DNA of 28,611 nt from Candidatus Micrarchaeales archaeon (lineage in GTDB: Archaea; Micrarchaeota; Micrarchaeia; Micrarchaeales; JBNAVG01). Below are positions 1-6,778 of this stretch, in pieces. A model generated the notes under the pieces. That model made no database searches, had not been told where the DNA came from, and saw only the letters and a program-made list of their open reading frames with translations. The stretch's first letter is position 1. Each line of letters opens with the position of its first letter. Location: contig JBNAVG010000003.1 in the NCBI GenBank assembly GCA_049700355.1, positions 1 through 28,611 on the forward strand, written 5' to 3'. The position numbers were made by a program, and so were the translations under genes.

Positions 1-1094
1 ATTAAACTAGCGGTATCTAGAGTTACTAGAACTTGATAATTGCTTAGAGTATTTGGATTTTGAGTATTGCTTATAGTTATTGGTCTTCTATACCTCCAAC
101 CACTTAGCCAAATAATCGAAGTAGTAGATGTTGTTGAGGTAGAAGTTGAAGTAGATGTTGAAGTAGAGGTTGATGTTGAAGTAGATGTAGATGTTGACGT
201 AGATGTAGAGGTTGAAGTAGTTGAAGTTGATGTTGATGTAGATGTTGAGGTTGTTGAAAGGAAGGTAATTGGGATTGTTGTTGTAGTTGTGTAAGGAGTA
301 AAGGTAATTGTTTGGGAATTACTTAATATATTTGCAAAAGAAGCTTGAACTTTTACCGTTTGCGCAATTGAGCTTTTAATGTAAGAAATCGCATTTCCAT
401 TTGAATCTGTTATTTGTGTTGTTGGGAATATTGTTGCAGTTGATGAATTTCCTGTAAAGCTTACAGTAGCCCCTTTTATATTTTGTCCAAAGATTTTTAC
501 ATTTGCTATAAGCTTTGAGTAGTTAAGATTGTTTGCTGGAACTGATGTTGGTGAAGCTGTTAATGTGATTAAAATGTTTTGCGATGAAATCGCCCCTGTC
601 CTAGCATGTGCTTGCATTAAACCAACATAGGTTTCGATGAGTGCACCACTACAACTTTTTGCAGAAAACCATCCAGGAGCTGTTCCACAATCATAAAGCT
701 TAATCCACATTGGGAAAGAATAAAGGGAGTTTAAATTTGCTTTTGCTCCAGAGATATTTATCGTGCAAAAAAATGTTGCTCCAGATTGTATAAAACTTGG
801 AGAGCAAAGAGCTGATACGTTTCCCTGAGTAATACCAACAGGTTGAACTATTAGAGTAGCGTTTTTTATTGGAAATGGCAGAGAATTTATCGCTACTATT
901 GCAATGTTGCTTGCAGTATTGCTACTAAAAAGCATAACACCAATACAAGTTGGTCCATACTTAAAATTACAAAAATCTGGAGCAAGGGAGGAAGGAGTTA
1001 TTACATATTGGTAAAGAGCTCCCAAAACAACGGCGATAATTAGAATAGCCCATCCATAAGTCATTAAATATTCTATTGCTGATTGAAGTTTCAC
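1..1094 (-). CDS. Class III signal peptide (type IV pilin-like) surface protein with Ig-like (Big_1-type) domain, Ser/Thr linker and start of a DUF2341-like domain; runs off the left edge
   Basis: Translated by hand, not in the ORF track. GTG at 1094, no stop to base 1 (364 codons). N-terminus MKLQSAIEYLMTYGWAILIIAVVLGAL has Q+1/E+5 and a hydrophobic helix. ITLTASPTSVPAN...GATVSF...TDSNGNA is Big_1/invasin-like. WLSGWRYRRPITISNT...NYQVLVTLDT matches the recalled DUF2341 start. Confidence 0.85.
   Translation of the reverse strand, partial: MKLQSAIEYLMTYGWAILIIAVVLGALYQYVITPSSLAPDFCNFKYGPTCIGVMLFSSNTASNIAIVAINSLPFPIKNATLIVQPVGITQGNVSALCSPSFIQSGATFFCTINISGAKANLNSLYSFPMWIKLYDCGTAPGWFSAKSCSGALIETYVGLMQAHARTGAISSQNILITLTASPTSVPANNLNYSKLIANVKIFGQNIKGATVSFTGNSSTATIFPTTQITDSNGNAISYIKSSIAQTVKVQASFANILSNSQTITFTPYTTTTTIPITFLSTTSTSTSTSTSTTSTSTSTSTSTSTSTSTSTSTSTSTSTSTTSTTSIIWLSGWRYRRPITISNTQNPNTLSNYQVLVTLDTASL
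117..257 (-). repeat. Low-complexity (Ser-Thr)n coding repeat, 47 consecutive Ser/Thr codons
   Basis: Minus-strand codons are all TCN or ACN (STTSTSTSTS...TTS), in frame with the 1094 ORF. Confidence 0.9.
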
Positions 1095-1189
1095 ATTTTT
1101 TATTCTAAAAGAAAGTTTTTATTTTTTTTGTTTGTTTTTGTTTTTATTTTTTAGAAAAAAAGATAAACCTTTTTTGTTTTAAATTTTAA

Positions 1190-2656
1190 ATGAAAGAAGA
1201 AGAAAGTATAGTAAAAGGCTCTTTGTACTTGAGTATTGCAAAGTTTCTTTCAAATCTTATGCTTGCTTTTAGTATAATAATAGTTGCAAGAGTCATAGGA
1301 GCCTCAAACTATGGTTATTTTGTTGTTGCGATTTCCCTTGTAGGTCTTTTGAATTCTTTTGGTGGTTTTGGTATAGGTCCTTATCTCTCAGCACATCTTC
1401 CAAGGTTTAAAAAAGAAAGAAAATTGAAGGTAATCTCAACAACATTCTATTTAAACGCGATCATTTCATCTTTTTTAACCGTTTTTGCATTTCTTTTTCT
1501 TCCAAACTTTTCAAACACTCCTTTACTCGTTAGCATTGCTTCTCTTTCAATACTACTTAACCTTATTTTTGCTTATTTTGTTAATCTATTTATAAGCTTA
1601 AGAAGAGCAGGCTTTTCAAGCTTAGCAACGATATTTCAATCCTTTTCACAAGCTTTTTCTTCTATAATCCTTTCTTTTCTTAACTTTGGAATGTATGCTC
1701 CTTTAATAGGCTTAGAAATTGGTTATGCTATTGGAATAATTGTTTCTTTATTCTTTTTAAAAAAGCTAAAGATTAAAATAGAACCCATACTAGAAAAAAA
1801 GGAAATAAAAAAACTTTTCTCATTTTCATCATTTCTAATAATCTCCTCAATCTTTTCTTTCTTTTCAGCCCGTTTTGCGATCGTTTATCTTTCAAAATTT
1901 GTTGAGAGCTCAACTATAGGAAATATAGGTATTGTACAAAATTTTATAGTTGTTAGCGATATAATAGTAGGAAGCATTGCTAGCGTAGCAATGCCAATAT
2001 TTGCAACACAGGAAGAGAATAGAAAAAGAAGGGTTTTTGGAATAAGCTTAAAGTATACATTCTTATTGATTCTATTTCCGATTATAATCCTTTTTCTCTT
2101 TCCAAATTTTGTTATAAACATTCTTTTTGGAAAAAATTATGGAGAAGCTATACCTTATTTAAAGCTCTATTCAATCTACTTACTCTTTTCATTTCCATGG
2201 TACCTTTTTTCCTCTTTAATTTTGGCTGAAAGAAGGATAAAACTCTATACTTTTATTTCAGTTTTTGGTAGTGTCGCTTTGCTCCTTTTGGTACCATTTG
2301 AATCCATTTTTAAAGCAATTGGCTACTTTTTTGCTTTGATAATTAGCTCTTTTATTACAAACCTTCTTACTTTCTTTTTACTTCGTTCAAAAATTGGACT
2401 TAGGAAAAAAGAGCTTTTTGAGATTTTAACCGCTTCCTTTATTTTTTTCATCTTTTCATATTCTATTAGTTATTTTGTCAAAAGATTGTTGGAATTCTTT
2501 GTGGCCTTCTTCTTTTTATTTTTTGTTTATGTTTTTGTGCTAAGGTTACTTATAAAAAAGAAAGAAATAGAAATAATAAAAATAAGCATTAAAAATTCTA
2601 GGTTAAGAGTATTATCCCCATTCTTAGAGAATGTTTGGAATTTTCTAGGTTTTTGA
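1190..2656 (+). CDS. Oligosaccharide flippase (Wzx/RfbX, MOP superfamily)
   Basis: 488 aa with about 12-14 hydrophobic segments. N-terminal IVKGSLYLSIAKFLS...IIVARVIGASNYG and central LSKFVESSTIGNIG...VAMPIFA patterns are typical of polysaccharide flippases. Confidence 0.8.
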   Translation: MKEEESIVKGSLYLSIAKFLSNLMLAFSIIIVARVIGASNYGYFVVAISLVGLLNSFGGFGIGPYLSAHLPRFKKERKLKVISTTFYLNAIISSFLTVFAFLFLPNFSNTPLLVSIASLSILLNLIFAYFVNLFISLRRAGFSSLATIFQSFSQAFSSIILSFLNFGMYAPLIGLEIGYAIGIIVSLFFLKKLKIKIEPILEKKEIKKLFSFSSFLIISSIFSFFSARFAIVYLSKFVESSTIGNIGIVQNFIVVSDIIVGSIASVAMPIFATQEENRKRRVFGISLKYTFLLILFPIIILFLFPNFVINILFGKNYGEAIPYLKLYSIYLLFSFPWYLFSSLILAERRIKLYTFISVFGSVALLLLVPFESIFKAIGYFFALIISSFITNLLTFFLLRSKIGLRKKELFEILTASFIFFIFSYSISYFVKRLLEFFVAFFFLFFVYVFVLRLLIKKKEIEIIKISIKNSRLRVLSPFLENVWNFLGF

Positions 2657-2658
2657 AA

Positions 2659-4287
2659 TTATATTGGTTCAAAGAATTTGTAGGTTATTTCAAAACCAAC
2701 AACAGGAAGCTCAAGCTCATAAAAGTTTAATGCTTTTGGTGAGATCTCGCCAACGAATCCTATTTCGTTTCCTTTTTCATCAAGTATCGCAGCACACCTC
2801 CCTTTTATAAAGATCTCAAAATCTTTTTCATTTAATTTTATTTTTATTCCAATTGCATTTTCTAGACTTCTTAAAACAGAAATCGCTTCCTCTATGCTTG
2901 CTCCTTCTCTACTGATTAAAGCACAAAGATTTTTCATAGGAAAGTATTTTTGATTTTCAAATTTTATCGCATAACCAAGCTCAAATATTCTTTGGGGATA
3001 TCTTCTATGTTTGTTTTTTGCTAAAAACTTGAGAAGGCTTGGAATTAAAGAAATTCTATAACAACTTAACTCATTACTTACTGGGTTTTGAATCTCAACT
3101 ATACCTTCTTTTCTTATCAGATTTTGTTCTTCCTTACTACTAAGAGAAAGAGTCTTTACTTCCTGAAAACCATTTCCTACCATTATTTTAGATAGCTGAT
3201 TTTCTAATATTGTTATTTCATTAAACCTTCCTAGTGTTGAAAGCTTTAAAAATTCAGGTTTTAGGTTTTTGTACCCATATGCTATTGCAACATCTTCTAT
3301 GATATCATAAAAATGGAGAATATCACCCCTATAAAAAGGGATTATGATGGAGTTTCCTTCCCTTTTATAACCCATTCTTAAAAGCAATGAAAATATTTCA
3401 TCTTGAGTAAGCTTTAAACCAAGAAGGTTGTTTATTTCCTTTACTCTTTTTTTATCGATTTCAAGTTTTTCCTCTTTGAGTACCCCCTCTTCTCTTTCCT
3501 TTTTGTTTTTTTCCTTTTTGTTTTCTTCTTTTTCATTTTTCTCTATTTTAACTTCAAAAACTTCACAATTTCTTTCAAGCATATCAGCTATAAGAATCGT
3601 ATAAGCTCTTTTTACTGCGTTTTCTTCACAACCAGTCATTTCTATAAAAAGTTCTTTTGTTTGAGTTGTCACTCTTGTTCTTTCAGAATTTAGTATGGGT
3701 GGAAAGCTAAAAATTCCTAGAGAATCGATAAAAACTGGAAAATCTTTTACTAAATTTTTGTATTCTTTTCCTTTTTCAGTTTTTTCCAATACTTCGCTCA
3801 GCTTCATTTCCTCCGAATAACCAAGTGGAATAAAACTTCCATCCTTTACATCTTTATAAACTATCTCCTTACCATTTATTTTTGATAGGTCATGTACTCC
3901 TATAGCTACCGCTTCTCTGTTCTTTCCTATTGTTTTATGTATATTTTCTTGGTCATTCATCAATGCTTTTAGCTCTTCTTCATCTATTACTATATTTTTT
4001 ACTATGAAGCTTTTTACAAAAGGCCTCAATTTTCCTTCAGCTTTTATTCTATAATCAGAATTTTTAAGCTTAAGCTCTAAGGGTTTTGGTGAATACAAAT
4101 TTCTTATAGCCCTTCCTAAGCCATAAAGAGTAAAGAGGTCATCCCTCTCTGGCGTTAGTTCAATGAGCATTCTTTCCCCATTTTCTTTTACTTCCCCCTT
4201 TAAATTTTCTATAGCTTCTATTAGCTCTTCTTCACTTAGCTTTGTTATTCTTAGCAATGTTTGTTTTTCAAATTCAAGAGTTGGCAT
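2659..4287 (-). CDS. pheT: Phenylalanyl-tRNA synthetase beta subunit (archaeal type)
   Basis: 542 aa. MPTLEF start, ELTPERDDL, IGVHDL, FSFPPILNSERTRVT, B5 motif IPFYRGDILHFYDIIEDVAIAYGY, NPVSNELSCYRISLIPSLL, YPQRIFELG. Confidence 0.93.
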   Translation of the reverse strand: MPTLEFEKQTLLRITKLSEEELIEAIENLKGEVKENGERMLIELTPERDDLFTLYGLGRAIRNLYSPKPLELKLKNSDYRIKAEGKLRPFVKSFIVKNIVIDEEELKALMNDQENIHKTIGKNREAVAIGVHDLSKINGKEIVYKDVKDGSFIPLGYSEEMKLSEVLEKTEKGKEYKNLVKDFPVFIDSLGIFSFPPILNSERTRVTTQTKELFIEMTGCEENAVKRAYTILIADMLERNCEVFEVKIEKNEKEENKKEKNKKEREEGVLKEEKLEIDKKRVKEINNLLGLKLTQDEIFSLLLRMGYKREGNSIIIPFYRGDILHFYDIIEDVAIAYGYKNLKPEFLKLSTLGRFNEITILENQLSKIMVGNGFQEVKTLSLSSKEEQNLIRKEGIVEIQNPVSNELSCYRISLIPSLLKFLAKNKHRRYPQRIFELGYAIKFENQKYFPMKNLCALISREGASIEEAISVLRSLENAIGIKIKLNEKDFEIFIKGRCAAILDEKGNEIGFVGEISPKALNFYELELPVVGFEITYKFFEPI

Positions 4288-4308
4288 TATTTAATTAATT
4301 TTTTAATT

Positions 4309-4322
4309 TATTTAACTTTTAC
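4309..4322 (-). promoter_or_regulatory. Putative BRE-TATA promoter of pheT (leaderless spacing)
   Basis: Minus strand reads GTAAAAG-TTAAATA, ending 21 nt before the pheT ATG. Confidence 0.5.
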
Positions 4323-4471
4323 TTTCACTTTGCTTCACTTTTTTACTTTAATAATTTAGTAACTTTTTTGTCTTTGTGTAAATCCATCGAGGAATATATT
4401 TAACCATTCTAATATATAAATATAATTTTGGTTAAATCTTTTAAAGATAATAGATTGTAGCTACTTGAGAT

Positions 4472-4484
4472 GAAAGCTTAAAAA
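4472..4484 (+). promoter_or_regulatory. Putative BRE-TATA promoter of the beta-CASP/pelota pair
   Basis: GAAAG-CTTAAAAA ends 29 nt upstream of ATG 4514. The region is AT-rich, so this is only a weak call. Confidence 0.35.
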
Positions 4485-4513
4485 GGTTTTTTGAGAAAAA
4501 TTCATTTGATTGA

Positions 4514-5755
4514 ATGAGACTAAGGTTTTTAGGAGGAGCTAGAGAAGTTGGTAGGAGTAGCATAGTGATAGAGGATAGAAAAAAGATAATGCTAGATTGT
4601 GGTATAAAGCTAGATTCAAAAACAGAATATCCTGAGCAATTAGCAGCAGACCTTATTATAGTTTCCCATGCTCACCTAGACCATAGCGGATATTCCCCAT
4701 TTTACTATAAGTTTTCTTCAATTCCAAGCATAGGTACTTATCCAACGCTTAACCTTACTCAACTTCTTCTTAAGGATTTTTTAAAAGTACAAAGGAGAAA
4801 ACATGAAAAAGTTCCTTTTAAAGATAGGGAAATAAGAAAATTCGTTAGAAATTTTATAGTTGCAAACTATGAAGAAGAATTTGCTTTTGGTGATTTTTCA
4901 ATAAAGTTTCATGATGCTGGGCATATTCCAGGAAGCTGTATGGTAGAGCTAAACAAAGATGGAAAAAAGATTTTTTATACTGCTGATTTTAAGCTTACAC
5001 CAACTTATCTCCACAAGGGAGCAAATTTTTATGAAAGTGATATTCTGATAATAGAATCAACCTATGCAAATAGAGAGCATCCCCCAAAGAAAGAAGTGGA
5101 GAAAAGATTAAAAGAAGAAATAGAAGAAACGATTTCAAAAGGTGGGAATGTTTTAATGCCAACGTTTGCTGTTGGAAGAGCCCAGGAAATGCTCTTTGTT
5201 TTAGATTCTCTTGGCTTTTCTGATATCGTTTATTTGGATGGTATGGCAAAGGATGCGACTCAAATAATTCTTAATTCAAAAAAATTTATCTCAGACCCAG
5301 AATGGCTCCAAAGGATATTGCAAAGAGTAAATTTTGTAGAAGAAAGAAGGGATAGGAGGGAAGCATTAAAAAAACCGAGCATTATTTTAACTACCGCCGG
5401 AATGCTAAACGGAGGTCCTGCACTCGATTATATTACAAAGCTTAACCTAAATAGCAAAATAATCTTTACTGGTTACCAAGTTGAAGGAACAAATGGAAGG
5501 GAGCTTCTTGAAAAAGGTGTAATAAATTTAAATGGAAAGAAGTTTAAAGTTCCCCAAAAGGCAATTTATCTTGATTTTTCTGCACATGCTGGAAGGAGTG
5601 AATTGTTTAAATTTGTAGAAAAAAGTAAAGCGGAGAAAATATTCGTTGTTCATGGTGATTCAAAAATAGCTATAGATTTTAAGGATGAACTTCTCATGCT
5701 TGGCTACGATGCAGTTGCTCCACAAAATAAAGAGAGCTTTGAGATTTCTTTTTAA
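4514..5755 (+). CDS. MBL-fold beta-CASP ribonuclease without KH domains (aCPSF2-like)
   Basis: 413 aa. LGGAREVGRS, LDCG, HAHLDH, AGHIPGS, ESTY, PTFAVGRAQE, GML.GGP, TGYQVEGT.GR, FSAHA, VHG. Confidence 0.88.
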   Translation: MRLRFLGGAREVGRSSIVIEDRKKIMLDCGIKLDSKTEYPEQLAADLIIVSHAHLDHSGYSPFYYKFSSIPSIGTYPTLNLTQLLLKDFLKVQRRKHEKVPFKDREIRKFVRNFIVANYEEEFAFGDFSIKFHDAGHIPGSCMVELNKDGKKIFYTADFKLTPTYLHKGANFYESDILIIESTYANREHPPKKEVEKRLKEEIEETISKGGNVLMPTFAVGRAQEMLFVLDSLGFSDIVYLDGMAKDATQIILNSKKFISDPEWLQRILQRVNFVEERRDRREALKKPSIILTTAGMLNGGPALDYITKLNLNSKIIFTGYQVEGTNGRELLEKGVINLNGKKFKVPQKAIYLDFSAHAGRSELFKFVEKSKAEKIFVVHGDSKIAIDFKDELLMLGYDAVAPQNKESFEISF

Positions 5756-5776
5756 TTTTAAATACTAAAAATAATT

Positions 5777-6778
5777 GTGAAAATATTAAACATAGATAAA
5801 AAGAATAATTTTGTAAAGCTTCTTTTAAATTCAAAGGAAGACCTTTTTCATTTAGAATACTTTATAGAAGAAGGAGACCTTTTAACCTCAAAAACTTTTA
5901 GAAAAGCTTTTTTTGAAAGTGGTAGTGAAAGAAAAGAAGTTCTTGTTGAAATTCTTGTTTTAAAACTATTCTTTAGGGAGGAAACAAATACCCTTAGAAT
6001 TTTTGGAAAGATTGTTAATGGTTACCCACAAGAATACGTTCAAATAGGAAAGCACCATAGTTTGGAGCTTGGAGTCGGTGATGTTGTTGAAGTAAGAAAA
6101 AGCAAACTTTATAATTTCCAAATCTTTTTACTTAAAGAGTGGGAAAAAGAAACAAAAAAACCCATTTTTTTGTTCTTAGCGATTGATGAAGAAAAAGCAA
6201 CGATTGCAAACGTTTTTCCTTATGGAATCGGTAATGTAAAAGAGATAAGAAGTGGATTAAGCAAAAGGCTTGATGAAAAAGAGTTTAAGAAAAAAGAAGA
6301 AGAATACTTAAACAAAGTTTCAAAAATAGTAAATAATTCAAAGGCAAAGATTGCTATAGTTTGTGGACCTGGTTTTGAAAAAGAAAAGATAATACCTTTG
6401 TTAAAAATCGAAGTTTTTTCTTTTTATTCTACTTCATCAGAGCTCTCAGCTATATATGAGGTTATGAAAAGCAAAGATTTTTTAGAACTTTCAAAAAAGC
6501 TTATGCTTAAGCAAGAAGAGTATTATGTTGAAAAGCTTATAGAAGAAATCTCAAAAAGTGGTAATTATGCCATTGGCTTGGAAGATGTTTCAAAATACGC
6601 TTACTCAAAAAGAATAAAAGTTTTACTCGTCACAAACTCAATGCTCAAGAAAAAAGAAGTAAAAGAGATAATAGAAATATTCAAAAATTTTGGAGGGACT
6701 CTTAGAATAATAAATGAAAAAACGAGCGCTGGAAAACAACTTTTAAGCTTAGGTGGTATAGGAGCTTTACTTACTTGA
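5777..6778 (+). CDS. pelA: mRNA surveillance / ribosome rescue protein Pelota (aDom34)
   Basis: 333 aa, GTG start. EDLFHLEYFIEEGD, LRIFGKI, GKHHSLEL, IVCGPGFEK, eRF1-like C-domain ending LGGIGALL. Confidence 0.88.
   Translation: MKILNIDKKNNFVKLLLNSKEDLFHLEYFIEEGDLLTSKTFRKAFFESGSERKEVLVEILVLKLFFREETNTLRIFGKIVNGYPQEYVQIGKHHSLELGVGDVVEVRKSKLYNFQIFLLKEWEKETKKPIFLFLAIDEEKATIANVFPYGIGNVKEIRSGLSKRLDEKEFKKKEEEYLNKVSKIVNNSKAKIAIVCGPGFEKEKIIPLLKIEVFSFYSTSSELSAIYEVMKSKDFLELSKKLMLKQEEYYVEKLIEEISKSGNYAIGLEDVSKYAYSKRIKVLLVTNSMLKKKEVKEIIEIFKNFGGTLRIINEKTSAGKQLLSLGGIGALLT

Noticed and set aside
117-257. CRISPR-like or VNTR interpretation of the repeat
   Set aside because: There are no constant repeats with spacers; it is a degenerate 6-nt codon repeat inside a gene.
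67-294. + strand 75-aa Val/Asp/Glu ORF in the track
   Set aside because: It is the antisense shadow of the Ser/Thr linker of the minus-strand pilin-like gene.
4288-4513. Possible tRNA or ncRNA in intergenic gaps (also 13833-14030, 19579-19776, 28152-28253)
   Set aside because: These gaps are very AT-rich, with no GC-rich stems, T-loop motif or C/D boxes that I could support.
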